20,976 nucleotides of DNA. Source: Thermofilaceae archaeon (GTDB lineage Archaea > Thermoproteota > Thermoprotei > Thermofilales > Thermofilaceae). The translations under genes were made by a program, and so were the position numbers. The DNA lies in NCBI GenBank assembly GCA_038727095.1, contig JAVYWK010000029.1:1-20976 (forward strand), read 5' to 3'. A model generated the notes under the pieces. It ran no database searches and was not told where the DNA came from. It saw only the letters and a list, made by a program, of their open reading frames with translations. This document shows, piece by piece, positions 1 to 8,263 of the stretch (within the stretch, counting starts at the first letter, position 1; the number at the start of each line of letters is the position of its first letter).

Positions 1-418
1 GGTTACGATGGGTGGTGCACCCTATCCCGGAGCCGTTGTTCTCTGGGAGTTGAAGGATCCGCAGGGTATAAGGAAGGATTTCGGTCAGGCTACAACGAAT
101 GCCACAGGTTACGCCACAATAGCCATTTTTACCTCACCAACGTGGCCTCAGGGTGATTACATTCTTGTTGCAGCTATTTCGGGAACAGATGTGAAGACTA
201 ATGCTACCATAACTCTGCAAGCCGTATACATCAGCATCATTGTGCCGCAGCCTGCTTACCCGTTAGGTTCGCGAGTGGTTGTTTACGCGAGGGTTACGAT
301 GGGTGGTGCACCCTATCCCGGAGCCGTTGTTCTCTGGGAGTTGAAGGATCCGCAGGGTATAAGGAAGGATTTCGGTCAGGCTACAACGAATGCCACAGGT
401 TACGCCACAATAGCCATT
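1..418 (+). repeat. Intragenic direct repeat, 291-bp (97-aa) period; 1-127 identical to 292-418
   Basis: Base-by-base comparison shows 127/127 identity, ending at ...GCCATT (127/418). The following halves are homologous only at protein level. Confidence 0.95.
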
Positions 419-3400
419 GACACTTCGAAAGATTGGCTACCCGGACCTTACAATTTAATAGCGGCGGTTTCAGGTACGGAAGCTCGAAATACCACAACAG
501 TCTATTTGAAGAGATCGTTAGCGAAGCTTACAGTTGATGTAGCGCCTTCCTCGACATGGAGAGGTAACAACATAGTAATCTCAGGTTACGTGGTATTTGA
601 TCCCGCTCCGAGCGCTTACGATGGTACTATAAGAGTCTACATTGATGATCAGCTAATCTGGAGTCTCTCCCTCTCCCCGGATGGCAGGTTTAGCTCCCCA
701 CCGTTTAATACCACACATTTGCGATCAGGTACGCGTACAGCAAGAGTAGAGCTCCTGGAAACCGTTGAGTATTTCGGAGGCGTGAACTCTACAACTTTCC
801 TAATCGATAGGGTGCTGGTAACGGATTTCTCGGTGCCAATACCCGGAAGAGTTAATGCAAATAGCACTCAAACAATAAAGTTCAAGTTGCAATACGAAAG
901 CGACAATTCGCCTTTTACAGACGCTGCTGGAAGCAAGGTATGGATCAACGGTACTCAAGCTAACTACTCTAACGGTTGGTGGTGCATCACTTATACAGCC
1001 AATCTCGGCAACTACACGTTCGTAATTACAGGCGTAGAAGACAACTACAGGACGAAATCCGACCGCTTCTGGTCCCTGCTTGATAAACTCCCGAGTGTGG
1101 TCTGGGACGCAATTATAATCGCGAACTGGACTATCTTGGACTCTGATAGAAGAGTCGACGTTAACTCTACTCAAAGCATATACATTTTCGCTCACTATTG
1201 GTACGATAATAAACCCCTGAGAGGGAGAATCGAACTTAACGGTACCTTCTCTGGGGAAGAGTGGGTTGCGAACTGGGGCATAAAGATCGACGTGACGCAT
1301 GCGTCAGTGGCTAAGGTTGCCTATTTACCGACCTATGTTAGAGATTACAACTTTAACCTTACAGCTTTCGTCATACAGTATGCCCAAGCTCCCCAGCTGA
1401 TATGGGATATGGTTATAGTTAAAGAGTCAAGAGTTTCCAGAAGCAGAGTAGACGTGGAATCCGAACAATGGGCCGAGTTTCTCCTAGTGCACGCTTACGA
1501 TGGTGAGGGCGTTACTGGCGGAGGCGTGGTAACTTCGGAGGGGGCTGCAACGCACAGGGGTGGCGGGTGGTGGAGGGTAACAGTAACAAGCCCTGTGACC
1601 AGAAGGTTGGAAGTAAGAGTTACCTCCGTGGAGAGCCAGTATGGTATAACGGTTTTCAGGCATGAGGCACCTGCTGCTGCCATAATTTTCGATAGAGTGG
1701 TCTTTGAAGTCTCTGCTCCTGCGAGGCTCAACGTTGGTACAGCCGTAGGAAACAGGTTAAGGGTTACAGCTTACTATCAGTACGATAGAACGGCTTTCGA
1801 GGGCTCCTACGAGGTTACACCCTCACCCGACACTGTCGTGACCACTGTGACAGCTGTGAGCTACACTGTTACATGGATGGCAGAAACAAAGTATGGATTA
1901 ACTAAGTTTGTTAGCACGACAGCTGTGGTTCGGTACGACAGATTGATCATAGCGAGATACATTGTCGATAATAACCTTATGATCCTCGAGTTCGTGGTTA
2001 GTTACGAGTCCGATAAGGCTCCAGCGGTAGCGGAAGCGAGGGTGCTTGCTGGTGAAAGAGTTCTTGCCACTTTATCGACGACGCGCGAAGGCGTGGCTAG
2101 GTTCAATTATACACCGTTCCTCGAGGAGCTTAGTCGAGTCGCAAGCGTAATAATTGAACCAGCCCGGTCTTTAGAGTACGAGGTCACAGTCGGGGTTAGA
2201 GTTGAAGTTCCTGTTAAGCTACTGAGGAGTATTCTTACGATAGACCCTAGGTGTCAAAACAACTTCATCATTAAACTAGAACCATTCTTTACAGATGGAA
2301 GACTGGCAAAGGTTTCAACTATGCTGGAAGTAGAAGCCCGTGAGAGGATAGTTAAGTGGCTAAGAACGGGAGAAACTTTAGAGACTGTGCTAAAGCCCGG
2401 TATCAATACTGTAACCCTACTGGAGCTCCGCGTTGAGGATACGGATGTGATAGTCCCCAACGCTAAGACATTCTTGGGCTTCCGAAGGGCTTACAACGTT
2501 GCACTCGAAATGAAACTTTCAATCCCGACTTTCCACTATACAGGGTATCCGGATGCGCTGCTTCCCGGCTCAATCGATTTAGTAAACACTGGCAATGTAA
2601 CGCTTTGCAGCATCCAGATAGTAACAACCCTGGAGAGAATAGGTCTCATTAGAGAAGGTCGTATAATTATCGATCTGCTGCCGGCTGGGGTCAAGATAAG
2701 TCGGGCGCTCACCGAGTTTAGGATAAAGACAGCATACGATGTTGGAGTTTTCAACGTAACGGTTATTGCCTACTATGAACCCGGACGAAATGTTCTGGCT
2801 ATTGAAACAACCAGAGTTACTTTTGTTAAAGAATTGCCTGCTGATCTTGAAAAGTTGGTTAGAGAAAGAGACAGGCTTCTAGCAGTAATGCCTTCCTGGG
2901 ATAGGGAGTACTTTATAAAAGCGGTAGATGAACAAGTATCCCTATACAACGAAACAGGGAGATATGATCCCTCGATCGTAGCTAACTTATTAAGTAGACT
3001 AAAGATCGCTGAGGAACTAATAAGCCTCCTCAATAAAATTTCGCAATGGTTGACCAGCCTTAATAGAACATACATAGAGTACAGGGAGTGCATGGGTCTC
3101 CATTTGCTCAGCGATGAGCTAGATAAGGCTACGGATATTTGGAGACGGCTGCGCCACGAGGAGGCATACCAGCGAATGTCCCTGGTCTACGTGGCGGTTC
3201 AAATAATCTACGAAAGATCGCATGAGCTTGCTCGTGCGTGCTCACTTGCTGCGCCTCTGCCTATCGAGCATGGGAGATACCTTGCTAGCATAATAGCCGA
3301 TGCTATTAGGCTGGCACTACAGAACCAGACGGATTTAGCGAACCAGCGGTTGAGCGAAGCTAGTCGAGTAGCAAGCCTAATGGCTGCAGCTTGGGATGCG

Positions 3401-3679
3401 CTTAGACTAGCTGAGGAAGCAATTAGAAGGGCTGAGGCTGAGGGCAGGACGTGGGGTCTTGACAAAGCTAGAAGTTTACTAGGTGAGGCTCGCTCCCTAT
3501 TCGATCAGAGGTTGTACGAGGAAGCTGGCGAGAGAGCCCTAAAGGCTAAGGAAGCGGCTGATGCGGCAGTCAGTCCCCTCACGTTTGTACTACCTATAGT
3601 AGTGGCGGTCATCGTAATAGTGGTAGTCGGTTACTTGGTATACAGGGCAATACGAATTAGAAAAATCCTGAAAAGTTAA
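2..3679 (+). CDS. Large membrane-anchored cell-surface (S-layer/adhesin-like) glycoprotein, 5'-truncated: MG2/Ig-like repeats, ~100-aa beta repeats, CARDB-like domain, helical stalk, C-terminal TM anchor
   Basis: Frame is open from nt 2 (GTT ACG ATG = V-T-M). The ATG at 8 is internal to a repeat (the same VTMGGAPYPG recurs from 293) and there is no signal peptide, so the true start is upstream. Beta-rich, T/V/Y-rich, many N-x-S/T sequons, NTGNV..L.PAG CARDB-like segment, C-terminal LTFVLPIVVAVIVIVVVGYLVY followed by basic RAIRIRK. Confidence 0.85.
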   Translation, partial: VTMGGAPYPGAVVLWELKDPQGIRKDFGQATTNATGYATIAIFTSPTWPQGDYILVAAISGTDVKTNATITLQAVYISIIVPQPAYPLGSRVVVYARVTMGGAPYPGAVVLWELKDPQGIRKDFGQATTNATGYATIAIDTSKDWLPGPYNLIAAVSGTEARNTTTVYLKRSLAKLTVDVAPSSTWRGNNIVISGYVVFDPAPSAYDGTIRVYIDDQLIWSLSLSPDGRFSSPPFNTTHLRSGTRTARVELLETVEYFGGVNSTTFLIDRVLVTDFSVPIPGRVNANSTQTIKFKLQYESDNSPFTDAAGSKVWINGTQANYSNGWWCITYTANLGNYTFVITGVEDNYRTKSDRFWSLLDKLPSVVWDAIIIANWTILDSDRRVDVNSTQSIYIFAHYWYDNKPLRGRIELNGTFSGEEWVANWGIKIDVTHASVAKVAYLPTYVRDYNFNLTAFVIQYAQAPQLIWDMVIVKESRVSRSRVDVESEQWAEFLLVHAYDGEGVTGGGVVTSEGAATHRGGGWWRVTVTSPVTRRLEVRVTSVESQYGITVFRHEAPAAAIIFDRVVFEVSAPARLNVGTAVGNRLRVTAYYQYDRTAFEGSYEVTPSPDTVVTTVTAVSYTVTWMAETKYGLTKFVSTTAVVRYDRLIIARYIVDNNLMILEFVVSYESDKAPAVAEARVLAGERVLATLSTTREGVARFNYTPFLEELSRVASVIIEPARSLEYEVTVGVRVEVPVKLLRSILTIDPRCQNNFIIKLEPFFTDGRLAKVSTMLEVEARERIVKWLRTGETLETVLKPGINTVTLLELRVEDTDVIVPNAKTFLGFRRAYNVALEMKLSIPTFHYTGYPDALLPGSIDLVNTGNVTLCSIQIVTTLERIGLIREGRIIIDLLPAGVKISRALTEFRIKTAYDVGVFNVTVIAYYEPGRNVLAIETTRVTFVKELPADLEKLVRERDRLLAVMPSWDREYFIKAVDEQVSLYNETGRYDPSIVANLLSRLKIAEELISLLNKISQWLTSLNRTYIEYRECMGLHLLSDELDKATDIWRRLRHEEAYQRMSLVYVAVQIIYERSHELARACSLAAPLPIEHGRYLASIIADAIRLALQNQTDLANQRLSEASRVASLMAAAWDALRLAEEAIRRAEAEGRTWGLDKARSLLGEARSLFDQRLYEEAGERALKAKEAADAAVSPLTFVLPIVVAVIVIVVVGYLVYRAIRIRKILKS

Positions 3680-3682
3680 AAA

Positions 3683-3704
3683 TATTTCTTTTTATATCCC
3701 TTTT
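3683..3704 (+). terminator. Putative archaeal oligo-T terminator
   Basis: T-rich tract (TTTCTTTTTATATCCCTTTT) immediately after the TAA of the large gene. Confidence 0.5.
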
Positions 3705-3713
3705 AGCGTTAAG

Positions 3714-3741
3714 GTAGTAAACCTTATAAGTAAGGTACTAC
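3714..3741 (+). promoter_or_regulatory. Putative BRE/TATA promoter (CTTATAAG, 3723-3730) inside an inverted repeat; probably leaderless transcript
   Basis: Purine-rich GTAAAC precedes the TATA-like box, which ends ~22 nt before ATG 3753. ACCTTA-TAAG-TAAGGT is a dyad. Confidence 0.55.
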
Positions 3742-3752
3742 TCGCAGCATAC

Positions 3753-4973
3753 ATGCGCAGGGGCACTTCGAGTACCTTTATAGCTCTCCTCATCGTACTG
3801 AGTTTAAGCGTTCTGGCGGCTCCCTATACGGTTAGTGCCACTACAGATAAGCAAGAGTACAAGCCTGGCGACAAAGTAACTGTGCGCGTCACTATTAAGC
3901 CGGCAGAGACCGTGGTTCTTCTCTGGGAAGTTAAAGATCCTGGGCAAGTGAGGAGAGATTTCGGTCAGGTTACTTGTCAAGGAGGATCATGCAGTTTTGA
4001 TTTTGTGACGGGGAGTAATTGGCCCACGGGCACATACACCCTTATCATCGCGGTTTCCGGTACAAACGATAAGGGTTACGTCACCTTCACGCTACGCGTA
4101 GCGGAAGCTCCGCCTCCCGCACCACCCCCCTCTGCCCCTCCGTCCCCTCCTGCTATCGACTATGCGTTCCTCTCCCGCATCAGGATTGAGGCCACTAATA
4201 GGTCTCTATGTGAACTCAATGCCACTATCCGCATCCTTTCTCACGTCATGAACACGTTGAATTTAACATTGAATCCCGAGTATCTGGAGCAGCTCAATAG
4301 GATAGCCGAAACCCTGGAGAAGGCCATCGATAGTTACAGTAAGAAAAATTACGAAAACGCATATGCATTAGCAAACTTAGCTTATCAGGAGATAACTAAA
4401 CTCATAGAAGTTTTCGCAAATGACGCCATTCAAGTTTTCAGGAATGTATTGAGTTACTTTTTGGCCCGGACACAGGATCCTACAACGGTTGAACTATTAA
4501 ACTCCATAGGCAAGGAATTGGCAAGTGCGTCACCAGCTGACAAGGATATTCTTACTAAGCTCGCAGCGACGGGGAGGGTTCTCGTCGTTATCGCTCGAAC
4601 CCTTAAGGTTCCTGAACTGGAGAAGAACTTATTGAGCTTGAGCCAGAAAGCTGAGACCTTGGAGGGGCTCGTGAAGAGCTTGAATCAGTCGAATGTTGAA
4701 CTTCAAGCAAAGTTACTCGTTCTACAGTCTGAGAAAAGTGAGTTGGCTGAGCAAGTCGAGAACCTAACAAGCCTTGTGAGCGAGCTCAGAGGAGAGCTTA
4801 ATCGTGTCAACCAATTAAACGCGGAATTAAGCAACGAAAACTTGCAACTCAAGGAACAATTGTCTCAAAGCGTAACTCGAAGCAGCGCAATTGCAGCCGC
4901 TTTAGCAGCCGCACTTATGGGGGCTGCGGTTGGAACCGCGCTAGGCAAATTTATAGGAAAAAAGCGGACGTAG
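3753..4973 (+). CDS. Secreted, C-terminally anchored surface protein: MG2/Ig-like domain, Pro-rich linker, helical bundle, long coiled coil, TM helix (SlaB-like architecture)
   Basis: Signal peptide MRRGTSSTFIALLIVLSLSVLAA; TDKQEYKPGDKV MG2-type motif; APPPAPPPSAPPSPPA linker; heptad L/E/Q/N region ~4610-4870; hydrophobic AIAAALAAALMGAAVGTALG then KFIGKKR. Confidence 0.85.
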   Translation: MRRGTSSTFIALLIVLSLSVLAAPYTVSATTDKQEYKPGDKVTVRVTIKPAETVVLLWEVKDPGQVRRDFGQVTCQGGSCSFDFVTGSNWPTGTYTLIIAVSGTNDKGYVTFTLRVAEAPPPAPPPSAPPSPPAIDYAFLSRIRIEATNRSLCELNATIRILSHVMNTLNLTLNPEYLEQLNRIAETLEKAIDSYSKKNYENAYALANLAYQEITKLIEVFANDAIQVFRNVLSYFLARTQDPTTVELLNSIGKELASASPADKDILTKLAATGRVLVVIARTLKVPELEKNLLSLSQKAETLEGLVKSLNQSNVELQAKLLVLQSEKSELAEQVENLTSLVSELRGELNRVNQLNAELSNENLQLKEQLSQSVTRSSAIAAALAAALMGAAVGTALGKFIGKKRT

Positions 4974-5000
4974 GGGAAAGGCAGATCTTAGGCGGTATAA

Positions 5001-5444
5001 ATGCAGAACCCCCTTAAGATGCTATCGACAGGGGCCCCCCTAACCGTACTGATGATACTGCTGACCTATGCAGCATTAAACTATGGCGTTGTATTGAGTA
5101 CCTACGCCAAGTACTGGAGCATTAGAAGCCCTGTTGGCCCTCTTGATGATAGACAGTATAAGCCTGCTATTATCCTTTCAGTATCTGAAACACCAGAATG
5201 TATAAAGGTTAAGCTGATGAGAACGTATGCTAAACCGGGTTTTCTTAAACTTACCACTGTTGCTAGATTATTCACGCGTGAAGGCGGAATAGCAATCTTG
5301 GCTGCAACGATTCAAGCGCCCGTAGGGACACTTCAGGAGCTTATCTTCCAGGGGGGTATGCATGAGCCTCTCGAATGCGTTGAGATATCTGTCACTGTTG
5401 ATAGCACTGAGGTGGATAAATGGAGCAGCTGCACTCGATCTTAA
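5001..5444 (+). CDS. Small hypothetical exported/membrane-anchored protein with a beta-rich domain
   Basis: N-terminal hydrophobic helix (PLTVLMILLTYAALNYGVVL) then alternating beta-strand pattern. Fills the gap between neighbours and overlaps the next gene. Start could be 5019. Confidence 0.65.
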   Translation: MQNPLKMLSTGAPLTVLMILLTYAALNYGVVLSTYAKYWSIRSPVGPLDDRQYKPAIILSVSETPECIKVKLMRTYAKPGFLKLTTVARLFTREGGIAILAATIQAPVGTLQELIFQGGMHEPLECVEISVTVDSTEVDKWSSCTRS

Positions 5445-7132
5445 GTGGTTTAGCATTAAAGCTGGGTCGCGTAGCGTTGGGTATCAGCGCGATCTTCGCG
5501 TGGGCGTACGCTATCTCACTGGTGTTGCCGAGCTGCCCAACGCAGGAGGGAGGGATAATTGCTCGTCTCGTTACGATCCCTCTCGGCAACGCAGGGGTTA
5601 TCGCGTGGGGACTCCTCCTTACTGTTGCAGCTTGGAGAATTGAAAGGTCGCGCATATGGTCTATTCTAGCTGCTGCGGCAGCCGTTTTTTCGTCGTTACT
5701 ACTAGGAGAACCAACGCTGTTGGCAATGCTTTCCGCGCTGCTCCTTGGGCTTTCCTACATAGAAAGCAGTAGAGCTTGCGCCGAGACTTTGGCGCTCGGC
5801 GTAATAGTCGTGGAGGCTTTGACGTTGATTTACCTACTAGTGAGAGCCTACGGAGTTAAGCTCCCTGTTCCTGCCGCTTTCCCTCTTCACTTATCTCTTT
5901 ATTGTATTTTTACACCCTTAGCACCGCTCGTAGCGCTAGCTCCCTCCCTCTCCCCTCTCGTTTCCTTCATGCACCGTAAACGCGTCGAGGTTGAAGGCGG
6001 CATAAAGGGGAAGTGGGCTCTAGCTTTCGGCTTGATAATGTCCTGTCTTTTATGGATAGTGCTTTACGCATCAGAAGTTAACAGGGCAGCTAAGCTAATC
6101 GGTGTAGACTCTAACACGAGGTACTATCCACACGCGCTTCAGCTACTCGCTGAAGGCTTCCCCAGCATACTAAGGGTCGGCTACGATCGCCCCCTCTACT
6201 ATTTTCTCCTATATTGGTTAGCGAGAAGTCTAGGTTCACACGATGCCGTGAGGATTCTGCCGCTAGCGGCTTTAGTTCTCTACACCGTTGCATCCTACTT
6301 TACTGCAAAGGAATTGATGGGGGAAAGAACAGCCGGTTTAGCGTCCTTAACTGCGCCTTTAACCTATACGGTGACAGCCGGCCTTTACGGTGGGTTATAC
6401 GCCAACTGGACAGCCCTTTCAGCGGCGCTTCTAGCGGTAACATCGGCTGCGCGATGGTTAAAGCAGGGAAAGTGGGTGTGGCTAGTAACATACCTGGTCC
6501 TTCTAATAGTCACAGCAGTCACCCACGTCTACATGGGGGCGGTCTTTTTTACATCCACATTCTTTTCGATGACTTTATGCTCGCTCCCCAAAGAATGCAG
6601 GAGAAGGGCTTTAGTCGCGTTAGTTGTTCAGCTCACTCTAGCCGCGCTAGGCTTCTACGCAGCCGATAGCTTCGCTCACGCTTTAAACTTCCGTCCCCCC
6701 TCGCACGTAGTTTCGTCTCTAATGCGTTCATGGCTTAATAGAGTGCAAAAGCTTCAGCTGTTTTCGCCTGCATGGTGGAGGGACTACGGATACGCAATCT
6801 ACAACTATGCAGCAACAGCCGCGCTAGACCCAACGGTCTGGATGTTCACATTCGCCGGCATTGCGGTTGTTGGGTTTCACAGGTTGAGCGGTTTCCTACT
6901 TATACCTTGGCTAATTATCGTCTATATTCTCTCCTTTACTGCTCCTTTTGGACTTATGTGGAGAGCTCTCTACAATTTCCCATTCTCGATCAGCGAAGCT
7001 ATCGGAATAGCGGCCCTCCTCACGATCATAAAATCGAAGGTTGGTAGAGAAACAACACTGCTGTGGCTCACGGCCATCCTTCTCTTCAAGTTAAATTACA
7101 CGCTGGCTTTTGCTATCGGGTTAGCATCGTAA
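5420..7132 (+). CDS. Polytopic membrane protein, probable GT-C superfamily (lipid-phospho-sugar-dependent) glycosyltransferase
   Basis: Many TM helices. Loop GVDSNTRYYPHA...GYDRPLYYFLLYWL followed by VRILP..LYTVASYFTAKELMGERTAGLASL matches the PMT/ArnT-type D..Y..A / (H/D)xPL(Y/F) pattern. SD-like GAGGTGG at 5409-5415. Confidence 0.7.
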   Translation: MEQLHSILSGLALKLGRVALGISAIFAWAYAISLVLPSCPTQEGGIIARLVTIPLGNAGVIAWGLLLTVAAWRIERSRIWSILAAAAAVFSSLLLGEPTLLAMLSALLLGLSYIESSRACAETLALGVIVVEALTLIYLLVRAYGVKLPVPAAFPLHLSLYCIFTPLAPLVALAPSLSPLVSFMHRKRVEVEGGIKGKWALAFGLIMSCLLWIVLYASEVNRAAKLIGVDSNTRYYPHALQLLAEGFPSILRVGYDRPLYYFLLYWLARSLGSHDAVRILPLAALVLYTVASYFTAKELMGERTAGLASLTAPLTYTVTAGLYGGLYANWTALSAALLAVTSAARWLKQGKWVWLVTYLVLLIVTAVTHVYMGAVFFTSTFFSMTLCSLPKECRRRALVALVVQLTLAALGFYAADSFAHALNFRPPSHVVSSLMRSWLNRVQKLQLFSPAWWRDYGYAIYNYAATAALDPTVWMFTFAGIAVVGFHRLSGFLLIPWLIIVYILSFTAPFGLMWRALYNFPFSISEAIGIAALLTIIKSKVGRETTLLWLTAILLFKLNYTLAFAIGLAS

Positions 7133-7244
7133 ACATACGAATCGCTGAATAGAGCACTTCCTCATGATTTTGCTTGTCGCTCATCTTTCAGAGCTCTTCT
7201 CCGCCCTGCATTGCATAGATAAAAGTGGGAAGCAAATCTATTGA

Positions 7245-7359
7245 AATAGAAGTTAATTATCTTTTTATTTATGTTTTGAATTCAACTAAAGAAGTTGTTT
7301 TTATCATCCTTAGCTAGTACTGATACATATATGAGAGCCCTAAATATTTTAAAACTTTA
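7245..7359 (+). promoter_or_regulatory. Very AT-rich intergenic segment: probable terminator tracts plus promoter of the downstream operon
   Basis: CTTTTTATTTATGTTTTG and GTTGTTTTTAT T-tracts; TATA-like ATATAT (7327-7332) and TTTTAAAA (7347-7354). The exact box is ambiguous. Confidence 0.45.
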
Positions 7360-7794
7360 ATGAGTGGAGGCTTTGTGAGAGCTATACTACTCATGCTCTG
7401 TACGCTGTTATTATCGGCCTGTCTTCAACTAACCCTCTGCGAGGACCGTTTTTTTGAGTGCGTGAAACTGCTGGAGAAGCTAAGCGAAGAGGGGGTAGAT
7501 GTTTCGATGCAGGTTCAGACCCTTAACGTTGCCCTAGAAATGTACAGGGCGAATAAATCGGTAGAGGCTGAAGCAATTATCGAGCGCCTCCTCCGTGAGC
7601 TTAGAGAAGCAGAGCAGCAGCTCCCCAGGTACCGCTTACAGAAGTGGTTGCAAGTAGGTGTGAGAGTAGTTGCACTGCTTGCTATCCCTCCACTGTTTTA
7701 CTACTTCTTCCCCCGTCTCTACGCGCTGGCTTGGGCTTACTCCAGAAGGGGATGGGTTTTGAAAGAGGTGGTGAAGCGTGATACTAAACGATGA
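7360..7794 (+). CDS. Hypothetical membrane protein (signal/TM, helical hairpin, C-terminal TM)
   Basis: N-terminal hydrophobic segment, EEGVDVS..LNVALE..EAE helical module, C-terminal VVALLAIPPLFYYFFPRLY. First gene of the overlapping chain. Start may be GTG 7375. Confidence 0.75.
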   Translation: MSGGFVRAILLMLCTLLLSACLQLTLCEDRFFECVKLLEKLSEEGVDVSMQVQTLNVALEMYRANKSVEAEAIIERLLRELREAEQQLPRYRLQKWLQVGVRVVALLAIPPLFYYFFPRLYALAWAYSRRGWVLKEVVKRDTKR

Positions 7795-8263
7795 AGTTAT
7801 GGCGGTCCTAACTGCGATCGTGTCAGTAGCCTGCGTACTGGCGGCGGCCCTGTCCATACCTAGGAGTGTGGAGCCGTTTCTCGCACTTGGATTGCTGGGT
7901 GAAAAAGGGAAGATAGGTGACTACCCCACAAGGGTTCTAACGGGCGAGCCGGTAAGGCTTAATATCTTCGTAATGAACCATATCGGTCGAGCAGCCGCGC
8001 TGAAGGTAATCGCGAAGCTCGGCTCGCGCGGCAACATCCCCAGTAACTCCACCCCTCTAAACGCTACACCAATCTGGGAGTACACGATCATCCTGAACCA
8101 TGGCCAGAATGTGACGATACCAGTCCAGCTGACGATCGAGAGGGAGGGAGTTAACCTCGCACTGGTATTCGAGCTCTGGGCTCTCAACACGACTAGTGGA
8201 ACATGGGTTTACACGGGCAGGTGGAACCACCTTTACATCAACGTGACGAAAGGTGTCCCATAA
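7778..8263 (+). CDS. DUF1616-family protein, extracellular (normally C-terminal) beta-domain half
   Basis: EPFLALGLLGEKGKIGDYPT..GEPVRLNIFVMNH...LVFELW...RWNHLYINVT resembles the DUF1616 C-terminal pattern (EFYILG..GKA..YP..VNHE...LHLWVNV). One N-terminal TM. SD GAGGTGG upstream of the GTG. Confidence 0.75.
   Translation: MILNDEVMAVLTAIVSVACVLAAALSIPRSVEPFLALGLLGEKGKIGDYPTRVLTGEPVRLNIFVMNHIGRAAALKVIAKLGSRGNIPSNSTPLNATPIWEYTIILNHGQNVTIPVQLTIEREGVNLALVFELWALNTTSGTWVYTGRWNHLYINVTKGVP

Noticed and set aside
8-10. ATG at 8 as the start of the large protein
   Set aside because: It is an internal Met of a repeat unit, the frame is open to the window edge, and there is no signal peptide.
1-418. Diversity-generating retroelement TR/VR pair
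   Set aside because: The copies are identical and then generally diverged, with no adenine-specific pattern, and no reverse transcriptase is in the window.
1495-1640. GC-rich patch in the large gene as a foreign insert
   Set aside because: Largely explained by Gly/Trp/Val codons, and the repeat register is maintained.
3753-3820. Class III (pilin-type) signal peptide RRG/TS
   Set aside because: Thr at +1 is atypical, an SPase I-like VLA/A site follows, and the protein has a C-terminal anchor.
5420-7132. AglB oligosaccharyltransferase
   Set aside because: No true WWDYG motif and no large soluble C-terminal domain.
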